Assembly: GCA_038087875.1 (NCBI GenBank)
Contig: JAXLNO010005841.1
Span: 3,720,001-3,784,000, forward strand
Direction of reading: 5' to 3'
Length of the DNA: 64,000 nt
From: Malacoraja senta
Taxonomy: Eukaryota
Shown here one piece after another: positions 1 through 13,128 of the stretch. Position numbers and translations under genes: made by a program. The notes beneath the pieces were generated by a model. The model did no database searches, was not told where the DNA came from, and saw nothing but the letters and a program-made list of their open reading frames with translations. Each line of letters opens with the position of its first letter. Position 1 is the stretch's first letter.

Positions 1-457
1 TCCGCAAGCAGAGATTGAAGATTTAATCCTGTATTTGACACGTTATTCGCCATTATAGCTTTAAAAATACCAACTTTCGCAAGGTTTTTACATATTCTGA
101 TTTACATTTTTCCCCTCGACGCAAAGAGCACTTTCACTGAACATTTTATGCTTTATTTCTAAACATTGCTGATTAAAGTAAAACTACATCAAAATACCTT
201 GAATTTCAACGACCAGCTTCGACGGATGACGTCACAAAGGCAGATTCAACTGATGACGTCACGATGGATAGACTAGCGGGGGGGGGGGCGAATTGCTATT
301 GCAACACGCAGGGCAAGAGCAATTGGAATTGTTTTTAGGGGGGAAATGGGTGCCGTTCGGGAACGGCTTGAGTTTGAGGACCACGCCTCCCGTGCGGGCT
401 ACGGTTGGGGAACGGGTGCGTGGGGGAGCAGACCCAACGGTTCTGCACTTGGTCTAG
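1..457 (+). mobile_element. 3' portion of a non-autonomous Helitron-like element (5' end outside window)
   Basis: Subterminal hairpin gcagacccaacggttctgc (428-446), then CTAG (454-457), then T, which is the canonical Helitron 3' end. The same terminus is at 19301-19327. Confidence 0.6.
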
Positions 458-729
458 TAATAGTTAAAACTCCCGACAATACCAATGTCAGGCGTTAGAA
501 ATGTTAATGAACGAAACTCTTGACGTATACATGGGAATATTCGAGGGAATGGAACAATAAACTGGAATGGTAATGCGGGCTTCGACGTTACTTTGACAGG
601 TAGGGTTGAGGAGAATCACTCCGTTTTCTGTAGAAGTAAGAGTATACATAGAATGAATAGGTCGGAGAAACATAGAAAATAGGTGCAGGAGGAGGCCATT
701 TGGCTCTTGGAGCCAGAACAGCATCAGTC

Positions 730-1950
730 TATGAAAGTAATAGCCATAGAGGGAGTGCAGAGAAGGTTCACCAGACTGATTCCTGGGATGTCAGGACTTT
801 CATATGAAGAAAGACTGGATAGACTTAGCTTATACTCGCTAGAATTTAGGAGATTGAGAGGGGATCTTATAGAAACGTACAGAATTCTTATGGGGTTGGA
901 CAGGCTAGATGCAGGAAGATTGTTCCCCATGTTGGGGAAGTCCAGGACAAGGGGTCACAGCTTAAGGATAAGGGGGAAATCCTTTAAGACCGAGATGAGG
1001 AAAAACTTTTTCACACAGAGAGTGGTGAATATCTGGAACTCTCTGCCACAGAGGGTAGTTGAGGCCAGTTCATTGGCTATATTTAAGAGGGAGTTAGATG
1101 TGGCCCTTGTGGCTAAAGGGATCAGGGGGTATGGAGAGAAGGCAGGTACGGGATACTGAGTTGGATGATCAGCCATGATCATATTGAATGGCGGTGCAGG
1201 CTCGAAGGGCCGAATGGCCTACTCCTGCACCTATTTTCTACGTTCTATTTCTATGTAAGCATGCAGGTACAGCAGGCAGTGAAGAAAGCGAATGGTATGT
1301 TGGCCTGTATAACAAGAGGAATCGAATATAGGTGCAAAGAGGTCATTCTGCAGTTGTACAGAGCCCTAGTGAGACCACACCTGGAGTATTGTGTGCAGCT
1401 TTGGTCCCCTAATGTGAGGAAGGACATTCTTGCTATTGAGGGAGTGCGGCGTAGGTTTACAAGGTTAATTTCCGGGATGGCGGTACTGTTATATGCTCAG
1501 AGGATGGAGCAGCTGGGCTTGTACACTCTGGAGTTTAGAAGGATGAGAGGAGATCTCATTTAAACACATAAGACTGTTAAGGGCTTGGACACAGGAGAGG
1601 CCGGAAACATGTTCCCGATGTTGGGGGAAGTTCAGAACCTGGGGCCATCTGTTTAAGAATAAGGAGTAAGCCATTTAGAACGGAGACGAGGAAACACTTT
1701 TTCCTCACAGAGAGTGGTGAGTCTAGGGAATTCTCTGCCTCGGAGGGCGGTGGAGGCAGGTGCGCTGGATGCTTTCAATAGAGAGCTAGATAGGGCTCTT
1801 AAAAATAGCGGAGTCAGGAGATATTGGGAGAAGGCAGGAAGGGGGTACGGATTGTGGATGATCAGCCTTGATCACATTGAATGGCGGTGCTGGCTCGAAG
1901 GGCCCAATGGCCTTCTCCTGCAACTATTGTCTATTGTCTATTGTCCACCA
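730..1950 (+). mobile_element. Two adjacent 5'-truncated CR1-type LINE 3' ends
   Basis: ORFs 683-1159 and 1165-1563 give the CR1 ORF2 C-terminus (IEGVQRRFTRLIPGM, RRLRGDLIE, LVRPHLEYCVQ). Short tandem-repeat tails such as ctattgtctattgt. Confidence 0.9.
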
Positions 1951-1984
1951 ATTCAGCTTCGTCCCCTCCGAATCGTGCGGCTTT

Positions 1985-2170
1985 AATCGACCCGTTCGCG
2001 GGGCCTGTCATCACCCGGCGCGGGTTAATACCGGCCGCGGGCCTTCCGTCCTCCGGCGGGGGCTTCAACATCGGGAAGCAGCAATTTTACCGCGAGATGG
2101 CGGAAGATCCCGCGGCCGATTTTAAGCAGCGCCGCACCGGGCGATGAAAGGCCCCGCGAACGGGCCGATA
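1985..2170. repeat. GC-rich foldback (imperfect inverted repeat, ~60-bp arms)
   Basis: cgacccgttcgcggggcctgtcatcacccggcgcgg (1988-2023) pairs with 2131-2166 with 4 mismatches in 36. Inner arms 2024-2048 and 2101-2127 also pair. Confidence 0.75.
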
Positions 2171-3279
2171 CAAGCTCCGCTCTATGATCTGTGCTCTACC
2201 AGGACGTCTCCCCCCTCCAATCACCGCGCTCCATCCTCAGTCCCACCCCCCTACTTCCGCATCTGACCGACACCTATCTCCTCCAATCACCGTACTCTAT
2301 CCTCAGTCCCACCCCCTACTTCCGCCTCTGATCGACACCTCCGTCTTCCAATCATTGCGCTGAATCATGCTGTCCCGGCCCCCCATAGCCTGTTGTCCGA
2401 CGTCTCTCTCGTCCAATCGCCGCACTCGATCATCACTCCCACTCCCACTGTCTCGCGGAAAGCGGAGATCTTCAATAGATTTTTTTCACCGAAATTCGAA
2501 ATCCGGATTACAACACATGGAGGGGGGGGGGGGGGGGGTGGATTGTCCGCACCTCTCAAAACATGGAGGGGACGTGTCCCTCCGCCCCCCCCGGGATTCC
2601 GCCCATGCAGGGAGGTGCAGACGCAAGAAGTTCACATGCGGAAACATCCCAGTAAATAGGAGAATAAAGGCCAGCCATGCTTGTAGACATACCACCGATT
2701 GAGCTCAAACAAGGGGACGACCCCGGCCGGCCTCACATGACACTGGTTAGCATAATTGATACCACCTTCGCCCAGGGGAGAAGTGGAGCATTATGTGATC
2801 GCTACCCTCCAAGTGAGTTACTTGTGAACATTCAGAATTATGGGTGTAGTTAGCAGAAACGATTGAAATTAACCAACTCTACCCCGAAGACCGACGTGTG
2901 TTGGTTAAAGCTAAAATCCCAAGGGATATGAGTGTCAATATGGCCCAGCGGAAATTCGGGATAATCCATTGACGACCAGCGAGGATCCTGGCAATGAGGA
3001 CAGATACCTTTGTATTAAGGAGTTAGTGGGACAGCGCCCAGGGCGGTGACGGGTAGTGGGAGGGGGATGGGCAGGTAATTGCCCGAAGTTGGGAACTGAT
3101 CGCCTCCTTGTCACCGCGTGGGTTTCCATGTTTGCGCCTGGGGGAAATAGTCGGTAATGTGAAGGAAATAGGCGTAAACGTGAGATAACATATAACTAGC
3201 GTGAAAGAACAATTGATGGTCCATTGAACCTCGGTGGGCTAAAGGGCCTGCTTCCCCGCTGTAGCCATAAACTAAACTG

Positions 3280-3395
3280 AACAAACTGAACTGAAGGAAA
3301 CTCAACTCAACTCAACTCAACTCAACTCAACTCAACTCAACTCAACTCAAGTCAACTCAACTCAACTCAACTAAACTAAACTAAACTAAACCAAT
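3280..3395. repeat. (AACTC)n/(AAACT)n pentanucleotide microsatellite
   Basis: Direct reading. Confidence 0.95.
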
Positions 3396-4379
3396 CCAAA
3401 CTGAACGAAACTAAATTCATCCCTTCCCGCAGTACTCTCTCACGATTCTCCTCGCTTCATATTCTCCAAGCAGGTAACATTATAAATGACCATCTGCACC
3501 AGGGACACAGTCTGATCGTTCACTGAATTTGCAAGGCGATTCATACAGAAGATTGTATTTGCACTTCTCGTGTGGTTTCCAAATGGTTGTGGTTTATGTC
3601 GTCTAACTCGAAAGTATCAACTGAAGAGAAATGTCTTAGGTTTAATAGGTTTTCAATCATTCCGGCAACTGTTTCAAATATGGACCCGGAAACACCTTCT
3701 AAGAGTTAAAGAAGGAACTGCAGATGCTGGAAAATCGAAGGTACACAAAAATGCTGGAGAAACTCAGCGGGTGCAGCAGCATCTATGGAGCGAAGGAAAT
3801 AGGCAACGTTTCGGGCCGAAACCCTTCTTCAAACACCTTCTAAGAGGACGTCCAATTGCCGCCTATCTGACGCGGCTAGCAGTCGTCCCACATCCGTTTC
3901 CCTTCAACTGGCTCTGCTGGTACAGAAGCCGATTGATCCGGCTCATTTCGACATTTCAAAATCAACATCGGTTCTGAGGAGAAAAGAGTCCAACGAGTCC
4001 AGTGTCAGGTTTTAACGCTGCTTTATCTGAAATTTACAGGTGCGACGGTTTTCGAACCGAAGTAACCAAACCTGCAGAATCATTACCGATCCTACTGAAA
4101 ATAACTTCAGAGCAAGGCTACAGAACAAAACTGCAGAAGTAAACGAATAAACATACAGAAAGAAGACCGAAGACCACTCTATTTATAGTACCATCATGCG
4201 AATCGTAGGCCAGTTCTTTTCCCGGACCCGTGGTTTCTAATAAACTGCGCTCCAGCAATTACCTGCAGACTCCGTGCAAGCTGCCACACCGACAGCTTTG
4301 AACGTAAGTAAGACTTTAGCTTCTCTCCAGTTGATCGAATTTGCTCTCTATTCATATGACAAAAGAATGGGGGGGGGGG

Positions 4380-4760
4380 GTGTTGTGGTCTGGTTGTGTG
4401 AGCCCGGTTGTGTGAGAACGCGAAAGAGTGCGTGGGTGATGGTGGTGGGGGGGGGGGGTTATATATGATTAGTTACATACGCTGGTGTTGTGTGGATCTG
4501 TGTGTATGCGCGTATGCCTTCGAGCTGTGTGTTTATGGAAGGAGTGCATGTGTTTTATGTGCGTGTGCGTGCGCAAGCACGAGTACTACAGGGCCTGTGT
4601 ATGTGTGCGTTTATTGAACGAGTGTGTGTTATGTATATGCTGTGTTTTGTGTGTTCTTTACATACAGTATGTGCCCTGAGCACTTGAAGTGAGGATGTAT
4701 GTATATGCAAGCTGTGTGAGACTGGGTATTCAGTGCATCTGTGAGCGCGGGGTGGGTTGC
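4380..4760. repeat. Degenerate (TG)n low-complexity tract
   Basis: Direct reading. Confidence 0.85.
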
Positions 4761-4764
4761 ATGT

Positions 4765-6250
4765 GCATAGATACATAGATACATAGAAAATAGGTGCAGG
4801 TGTAGACCATTCGGCACTTCGAGCCTGCACCGCCATTCAATATGATCATGGCTGATCATCCAACTCAGTATCCCGTACCTGCATTCTCTCCATACCCCCT
4901 GATCCCTTTAGCCACAGGGGCCACATCTAACTCCCTCTTAAATATAGCCAATGAATTGGCTTCCACTACCCTCTGTGGCAGCGAGTTCCAGAGATTCACC
5001 ACTCTCTGTGTGAAAACGTTTTTTCTCATCTCGGTCTTAAAGGATTCCCCCCTTATCCTTAAGCTGTGACCCCTTGTCCTGGACTTCCCCAACATCGGGA
5101 ACAATCTTCCTGCATCTAGCCTGTCTGCATAATAATTTTGTACGTTTCTATAAGTTCCCCTCTCAATCTCCTAAATTCTAGCGAGTATAAGCCAAGTCTA
5201 TCCAGTCTTTCTTCATATGAAAGTCCTGACATCCTAGGAATCAGTCTGGTGAACCTTCTCTGCACTCCCTCTATGGCTATAATGTCCTTCCTCAGATTTG
5301 GAGACCAAAACTGTACGCAATACTCCAGGTGTGGTCTCACCAAGACCCTGTACAACTGCAGTAGAACCTCCCTGCTCCTATACTCAAATCATTTTGCTAT
5401 GAAAGCTAACATACCATTCGCTTTCTTCACTGCCTGCTGCACCTGCATGCCTACTTTCAATGACTGGTGTACCATGACACCCAGGTCTCGCTGCATCTCC
5501 CCTTTTCCTAATCGGCCACCATTTAGATAATAGTCTGCTTTCCTGTTTTTGCCACCAAAGTGGATAACCTCACATTTATCCACATTATACTGCATCTGCC
5601 AAACATTTGCCCACTCACCCAGCCTATCCAAGTCACCTTGCAGTCTTCTAGCATCCTCCTCACAGCTAACACTGCCCCCTAGCTTAGTGTCATCCGCAAA
5701 CTTGGAGATGTTGCCTTCAATTCCCTCATCCAGTTCATTAATATAAATTGTAAATAGCTGGGGTCCCAGCACTGAGCCTTGCGGTACCCCACTAGTCACT
5801 GCCTGCCATTGTGAAAAGGACCCGTTTACTCCTACTCTTTGCTTCCTGTTTGCCAGCCAGTTCTCTATCCACATCAATACTGAACCCCCAATAGCGTGTG
5901 CTTTAAGTGTGTGTACTAATCTCTTATGTGGGACCTTGTCGAATGCCTTCTGAAAGTCCAGATACAACACATCCACTGGTTCTCCCCTATCCACTCTACT
6001 AGTTACATCCTCAAAAAATTCTATAAGATTCGTCAGACATGATTTACCTTTCGTAAATCCATGCTGACTTTGTCCAATGATGTCACCACTTTCCAAATGT
6101 GCTGCTATCCCATCTTTAATAACTGACTCTAGCAGTTTCCCCACTACCGATGTTAGACTAACTGGTCTGTAATTCCCCGTTTGCTCTCTCCCTCCCTTCT
6201 TAAAAAGTGGGGTTACGTTTGCTACCCTCCATTCATCAGGAACTACTCCT
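4765..6250 (-). mobile_element. CR1-type LINE, RT domain to 3' end, decayed
   Basis: ORF 5389-6327: GNYRPVSLTSVVGK, DFQKAFDKVPH, GVPQGSVLGP, FADDTK. 3' tail at ~4770. Confidence 0.95.
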
Positions 6251-6582
6251 GGGGGGTTTGATTGTGTGTGTTTGTGTTTGTGTGTACGTGTGTATGTGTG
6301 TGTGTGTTCAATGATCAGATGATTCAATTATACATTATTGTTCACAAGTGCCTAGGTACAGCGAAATGCTTTGCCTACAATACCCGGTAAAAACATACAG
6401 CAGACCTCACCTCGGCAGTCCACAAATATCGCCACGTTTTTGGCGCTGACGAAGTTACAGAAATGTATCTTCTGCTTGCCGCGGCACGTGGTAGCAGGCT
6501 GAGTCCCTTCACCCACACCCTTCCCCGCCGGGTTCCCCCCTTCAATCTCGGCGCAGCCCCCACCCCTTCGGTCTCGGCGGCA

Positions 6583-6767
6583 NNNNNNNNNNNNNNNNNN
6601 NNNNNNNNNNNNNNNNNNNNNNNNNNNNNNNNNNNNNNNNNNNNNNNNNNNNNNNNNNNNNNNNNNNNNNNNNNNNNNNNNNNNNNNNNNNNNNNNNNNN
6701 NNNNNNNNNNNNNNNNNNNNNNNNNNNNNNNNNNNNNNNNNNNNNNNNNNNNNNNNNNNNNNNNNNN
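6583..6767. other. Assembly gap (185 N)
   Basis: Run of N. Confidence 1.
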
Positions 6768-7429
6768 GCCTATAAGTGTGTGTGTTTGTTTGTGGGTTTG
6801 TGCTTGTAAGTGTGTGTGTGTGTTTCGAGGTAAATGTTTGTGTATGTGTGTGTGTTGGTGCAAGTCTGTATGTATGCTCTGCATTCTTGCCTCCTTGCCA
6901 AAATAAAATGTCCACTTGATTTCTCTGAAATCCATTGTGAAATGTAAACTTTTCGCTCCCATTTTTTGTGAAGTTATAGTAACCTCCGAATGTCAATCTA
7001 CAAGTAAGTTTCTTTGTAAAGTCTGCTTTCGACTTTGTTTATGGTACAAGTGTTGCAACGTGGCCTCACGCAGTTGTTGCAATACCGTTTTCCAGCCAAA
7101 ATAATTTGGCTACAAATCACGCAGCAGAACTCAAAGGCAAAATCATCACTGCTGAATGTCCCAGGAGTCATGTGGACGGTGAAGTTCATGAAGGGAGGGG
7201 TAACTAAGGGTTCTTGCCCTGGGCGATTGAGCCATTTATTTGGGGAATGTGCGTGTTGACAGCCAATAACGCAATTAAAATAAAATAAAATAAAATTTCG
7301 TTTTGAGCCAAGATCATTGTTTTTTTTTGTCTGATTCGGGTATTTTCCTGAACTCACAGACCCAGAACGATGGTTAAAATCGCCGAGCTTTACATGACAA
7401 GAACAGACCATTCTGTCCCTCTGGTTCGT

Positions 7430-7680
7430 GCTGAACAGGTTACCTAACTGAGCTTGAAGATAGACACAAAGGCTGTAGTAACTGAGCGAGTAAGGCAGCA
7501 TCTTTGGTGACGTTTCGTGTCGAGACTCTTCTTCAGGCTGAGAGTCAGGGGAAAGAGAAACGAGTAGCAGGTGATATAGAGAGATAGAAAGCATATGAAT
7601 GAAACATTTGCAAAATGTAACGAAGATCAAGGAAAGGTGAAGCCCACTGTGGTCCATTGATATTATCTGAAGAAAGTGCA
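7430..7680 (-). mobile_element. Penelope-like element terminal (pseudo-LTR) fragment
   Basis: Minus strand ctgaagaagagtctcgacacgaaacgtcacc (7505-7540) has the hammerhead-like core typical of PLE termini. Related pieces at ~3700-3835, ~17360-17480 and ~49780-49860. Confidence 0.6.
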
Positions 7681-7984
7681 GATTCCAATAGAATCATTGA
7701 CTCATACATCTTGTCCAAACTTAAAAAGAGAGTGGCGGCGTCACGAACGCGCTGCCAATGGCAGTAGTGGAAGCAGATCGATAGTGGTATTAGGCACTCG
7801 GACATGCAGGATATGGAAGTTTGTGCCTCGTGTAGCCGGGGTGAGATTATTTGAACTCAGCATCGCGTTCGGTACAAACATTATAGGTCAAAAAGATTGT
7901 TCACGTGCAGTTCTATTTTCTATGGTCTTCTATTTCCCGATCTCAGAACCTTATCTTCCATGCATCTTTCCTCTTCATATAACT

Positions 7985-8500
7985 ATACGGTGGCATGGTG
8001 GCGCAGCGGTCGATTTGCTGCTTTACCCGGGTTCGATCCCGACTATACGGAATGTGCACTTTCTCGAAGTGAACTGCGTGGATTTTCTCCGGGATCTCCT
8101 GCGGTCTGTTGGTTTAGCGATTATGTTATGAATATTTGTCGTTCGGATTTCTGTGGCGCAAAACCACAAAGCGAGAATATATCTCTAAATAATTAGTTTA
8201 GGCTAATTTATAGATACAGCGCGGAAACATGCCCTTCGGCCTGCGGAGTCCGCGCCGACCAACGATTCCTGCACACTAACATCATCCTACACACACTAGA
8301 TACAATTTAAAATGTTATCGATGCCAAATAACCAACAAATCACTAAGTCTTTGGAGTGTGGGAGGAAAGCGCTGCTCCAGCCGTAAACCCATGCAGGTTA
8401 TGTGGAGAACGTACAAACTCCGGACAGACAGTACCGGGATGCAGGATGGAACCCAGGTCTCTGACACTCTAAGGCAGCAACTCTATACGCTGTTCCACCG
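7985..8500. mobile_element. Two tRNA-derived (HE1-like) SINEs, one + (7985-8115) and one - (8205-8500)
   Basis: A-box-like tggcgcagcgg and B-box ggttcgatccc. The same family is at ~13345, ~25340, ~47085-47395, ~51020, ~54425 and in each array unit. Confidence 0.75.
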
Positions 8501-8583
8501 TGACGCCTATAGTAATATTATTTGATTTTTCTTTTTTCCAGATCCCGATAACCGTAAACGGACGATTTATTCAAGAAAACACA

Positions 8584-8623
8584 ATGATCTGGCAATATTG
8601 CTTCCCTCTGTTACTTCTCCAAG
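8584..8623 (+). CDS. MAG/Siglec-like gene, signal peptide exon (MIWQYCFPLLLLQG)
   Basis: Strong acceptor ttttcttttttccag at 8541, ATG at 8584, hydrophobic leader, phase-1 donor G|gtaaaa matching the V exon. Confidence 0.85.
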
Positions 8624-9317
8624 GTAAAATCGGCAACGTTTCGCATGGATTGCTTACATCCCTGGCAAATTATAATAGTGATACGATCGGGCTAATGTCA
8701 ACATGGACGCAGTGTGGTAACGCACACGAGTCGTCCATCACCGTTGACGCCACGGAGCCAATTAGTTCAACATCTCAATTGTCGGAATCATCGTCTCTCA
8801 TCCATCCTTCGCCAACCGCAGTTGCACTGGACACGTTTTGTGTACAGAGAAGGGCGGGTGCCTGGAATGCACAGCTGGAGTAGTGGTGGAGGGAGATACG
8901 ATAGTTGCAATTAAAATTATTTTGAATAGGTCCACAGATATGCATCGAATGGTGTGATATGATTTATGCGTAGGCGGAGGAGATTGATGTGGCATCATGT
9001 TCGGCACAGGAATGGTGGCTCAGGGGACCAGTTCCTCTGGTGTACGGTTCTATGTTTGCGGTGATATGGATGAGAAATAAGAAATCCAAAGGAGCCCATC
9101 GTTGGGGCAGCGATCTCGGATATTTGCAGGGGAGAATGTTGTGGATAAAGAAACAATCTTCTGGATTTCCCAGCGGATCAGGCAACCATTGTGCAGAGAA
9201 ATGAACAAACGACGTTCCGGGTCGAGGCCCTTCACGCGTCAGAGTGAGTGGAAGGGAGATAAGAAGTATAAGATGTAGGCGAGATATGATTGATTGATTG
9301 ATTGATTCATAGATTCA

Positions 9318-10482
9318 TTGTTGATGAGGGAGGAGTTGGCCAAAGTTGACTGGAAAGATACTGTAGCAGGGATGACAGTGGAACAACAATGGAGGTATTT
9401 CGAGGAATAATACAGAAGGTGCAGGATCAGTTCATTCCAAAGAGGAAGAAAGATTCCAAGGGGAGTAAGGGGCGACCGTGGCTGACAAGGGACGTCAGGG
9501 ACAGTACAAATATATAAGAGAAGAAGTACAATGTAGCAAAGATGAGCGGGAAGCAAGAGGATTGGGTAATGTTTTAAGAGCAACAGAAGATAACTGAAAA
9601 GACAATACGGGGAGAAAAGATGAGGTACGTAGGTAAGGTAGCCAAGAATATAAAGGAGGATAGTAAAAGCTTCTTTAGGTATGTGAAGAGGAAAAACATA
9701 GTTAAGACCAAAGTTGGACGATTGAAGACTGAAATGGGTGAATTTATTATGGGGCATAAGGAAATGGCAGATTAGTCGAACAGGTACTTTGGATCCCTCT
9801 TCACTAAGGAGGACACAAACAACCTTCCTGAAGTACTAGTGGCCAGAGGATCGGGGGTGATAGAAGATCTGAAGGACATCCACATTAGGCTGGAAATGGT
9901 GTTGAGTGGACTGATGGGACTGAAGGCTGATAAATCCCCAGGGCCTGATGGTCTGCATCCCAGGGTACTTCAGGATGTGAGTCTATAAATCGTGGATGCA
10001 TTGGTGATAATTTTCCAATGTTCTAAAGATTCAGGATCCGTTCCTGTGGATTGGATGGTAGATAATGTTATCCCACTTTTTAAGAAAGGCGGGAAAGAGA
10101 AAACAGGGAATTATAGACCAGTTCGCCTGACATCGGTGGTGGGGAAGATGCTGCAGTCAATTATTAAAGATGAAATAGCGGCACATTTGGATAGCAGTAA
10201 CAGGCTCGCTATGAGTCAGCATGGATTTACGAATGGGAAATCATGCTTGACTAATCTTCTGGGATTTTTTGAGGATGTGACTAGGGAAATGGACAAGGGA
10301 GAGCCAGTGGATGAGGTGTACCTGGACTTTCAGAAAGCATTTGATACGGTCCTATATAGGGGATTAGTGAGCAGAATTATGGCACATTTTATTGGGGGTA
10401 GAGTGCTGACATGCATAGACAATTGGTTGGCTGTCAGGAAACAAAGTATAGGGATTATCGGGTCTCTGCTTTGTAGGCAGTG
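9318..10482 (+). mobile_element. CR1-type LINE ORF2 fragment
   Basis: ORF 9992-10483: GNYRPVRLTSVVGK, DFQKAFD. Confidence 0.9.
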
Positions 10483-12250
10483 ACTAGTGTGGTACTACTC
10501 CAGAATCTAAGGAGTTTTGAAAAATTATCAAATGCATCCACTATTTCTGGGGCTACTTCCGTAAGTACTCTGGGATGCAGCCTATCTGGCCCTGGGGATT
10601 TATCGGACTTTAATCCATTCAATTTACCTAACACCACTTCCCGGCTAACCTGGATTTCACTCAGTTCCTCTATCTCAATTGGCCCGCGGTCCCCTGCTAT
10701 TTCTGGCAGATTATTTATGTCTTCCTTAGTGAAGACAGAACCAAAGCAGTTCTTAAATTGGTCTGCCATGTCCTTGTTGCCCATGATCAATTCACCTGTT
10801 TCTGACTGCAAGCGATCTACATTTGTTTTAACTAATCTTTTTCTCTTCACATATCTATAAAAACCTTTGCAGTCAATTTTTATGTTCCCTGCCAGTTTTC
10901 TTTCATAATCCATTTTTCCTTTCCTAATTAAGCCCTTTGTCCTCCTCTGCTGGACTCTGAATTTCTCCCAGTCCTCTGGTAGGCTGCTTTTTCGGGCTAA
11001 TTTGTACGCTTCATCTTTTGTTTTGATACCATCCCTGATTTCCCTTGTTATCCACGGATGCACTACCTTCCCTGATTTATTCTTTTGTCAAACTGGGATG
11101 AACAATTGTTGTAGTTCATCCATGCAATCTTTAAATGCCTTCCATTGCATATCCACCGTCAACCCTCTAAGAATCAATGGCCAGTCTATCTTGGCCAATT
11201 CACGTCTCATACCCTCAAAGTTACCTTTGTTTAATTTCAGAACACTTGTTTCAGAATTAGCAATGTCACTCTCCATCCTAATTAAGAACTCAACAATATT
11301 ATGGTCACTCTTGCCCAAGGAGCCACGCACAACAAGACTGCTAACTAACCCTTCCTCATTTCACAATACCCAGTCTAGAATAGCCTGCTCTCTCGTTGGT
11401 TCCTCTGCATGTTGGTATAGAAAACTATCCCGCATACATTCCAAGAAATCCTCTTCCTCAGCACCCCTGCCAATTTGATTCACCCTATCTATATGTAGAT
11501 TGAAGTCACCCATTATAACTGTTTTACCTTTGTTGCACGCATTTCTAATTTCCTGTTTGATGACATCCCCAACACCTGTTAGGTGGCCTGTACACAACAA
11601 CCACTAGCGTTTTCTGCCCCTTAGTGTTTCGCAGCTCTACCAATATCGATTCCACATCCTCCAAGCTAATGTCCTTCCTTTCCACTGCGTTAATCTCCTC
11701 TCTAACCAGCAACGCTACCCCACCTCATTTTCCTTTCTGTCTATCGCTCCTGAATATTGAATATCCCTGGGTGTTCAGTTCCCAGCCTTGGTCACCCTGG
11801 AGCCATGTCTCCGTGATCCCAACTATATCATACTCATTAATAGCTATCTGCACATTCAACTCATCCACCTTATTACGAATGCTCCTTGTATTGAGACACA
11901 AAGCCTCCAGGCTTGTTTTTACAACGCTCTTACCCCTTATACAATTATGTTGAAAAGTAGCTCTTTTTGATTTTTGCCCTGGATTTGTCTGCCTGCACTT
12001 TTACTTTTCACCTTGCTACCTATTGCTTCTACCCTCATTTTACACCCCTCTGTTTCTCTGCTCACACATTTTAAAAACCCACCAACTCTTATTCTCTGTT
12101 TATTATTTTGTTCTTCTTTCACCCCTACATGTTGGGTCTGAGTGCTTCCCTTCTCTGCCTCGTGCCTCACACACTGTCTACTAGCTTTCTCTATTTGAGT
12201 CCCTCCCCCCAACCGTTCTAGTTTAAAGTCTCCCCAGTAGCCTTTGCAAA
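10483..12250 (-). mobile_element. CR1-type LINE 5' and endonuclease fragment
   Basis: ORFs 10455-11600 resemble the APE endonuclease and linker (IMGDFNLH, AILDWVL, LGKSDHNIVEF, KSPGPD). Confidence 0.9.
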
Positions 12251-12771
12251 TCTCTCCACCAGAATAATAGTTTATGCAACGTTGTATAGTCCCTGCGTAG
12301 CCTACTTCCTCTGTCGTTTCGGGCACCCACCACGCCAAAGAAGTATTGGTTAATTGCCTTCTGTAAAATTGGAAATTGTCCCTACTGTGTAGGATACTGT
12401 TAGTGTGCGGGAATCGTTGGTCGGAGCGGATAGAGACGGCCTAAGGGCCTGTTTCCGCTCTGTATCTAAACTAAACTAAACTAAACTAAACATTTTGGGG
12501 GGAAAAGGTACCCCTAGGATTCATATTAAATGTTCCCCCTTCACCTTCAACCTATGAAAGTAGAAATGTGATTTACTGATTTTTTTTTAAATTAAGCCAT
12601 GTTGTAGCTATGTAATTGTATAAAATGTGCAGCAGGTCAGAATTTTATATTTTCTGTTGGCGGTAGCAATGACTTACCTGGAATCATTCCAGTAGATTGC
12701 CTTTTGCTGTTTTAGTGGTTCCTGCCGCACCATTTAACACTGTCGTCAACTTATCTGCTCCACCATTGCAG

Positions 12772-13128
12772 GCGTCCAGCCGGGAGAGTGGACCATGCGG
12801 GCTCTGTCCCATCGTGCCATCAGGAAGTCTTGCGTGGTGATACCCTGCACGTTCGACTTCCCTTCGCGTCCTTACACCGCCGTCCACGGAGCGTGGTTCA
12901 AGTACTGGGACCACTGGAAGTACACGGTGTCTTACTCTAGAGATCCCAACTACGTGATGGCCGGATTCAAGGGGCGGGCTGAAATCGTTGGTAACCTGGG
13001 AGAGAAAGACTGCTCGCTGAGGATCAATCACCTCAGATCCGAAGACTCTGATGTGTACTACTTCTACGTGGAACTGGACGGCTTTGATTCTTACTGCTAC
13101 AAACCCCCCGTCCAACTGCACGTTCTGG
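12772..13128 (+). CDS. MAG/Siglec-like gene, N-terminal V-set Ig exon
   Basis: Phase 1/1 exon: GVQPGEWTMRALSHRAIRKSCVVIPCTFDFP...FKGRAEIVGNLGEKDCSLRINHLRSEDSDVYYFYVE...VQLHVL. Has the Siglec-type CxxIPC and CSL cysteines, like MAG CVSIPCRFDFP. Confidence 0.93.

Noticed and set aside
488-627. Minus-strand acceptor ctcttacttctacag followed by a 46-codon frame (ENGVILLNPTCQ...VYCSI...MYTSRV) that resembles an ITAM tail
   Set aside because: The second Tyr motif is YTSR, not YxxL/I. There is no upstream partner exon and no homology.
4200-7003. Strong donors at 4303/4304 and ~7003 as possible 5'-UTR exons of the Siglec-like gene
   Set aside because: Splice signals alone cannot define non-coding exons without transcript data.
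8584-8883. 100-aa read-through ORF from the signal peptide into the intron
   Set aside because: It crosses a good phase-1 donor, ends in LINE-derived sequence, and has no recognisable domain.
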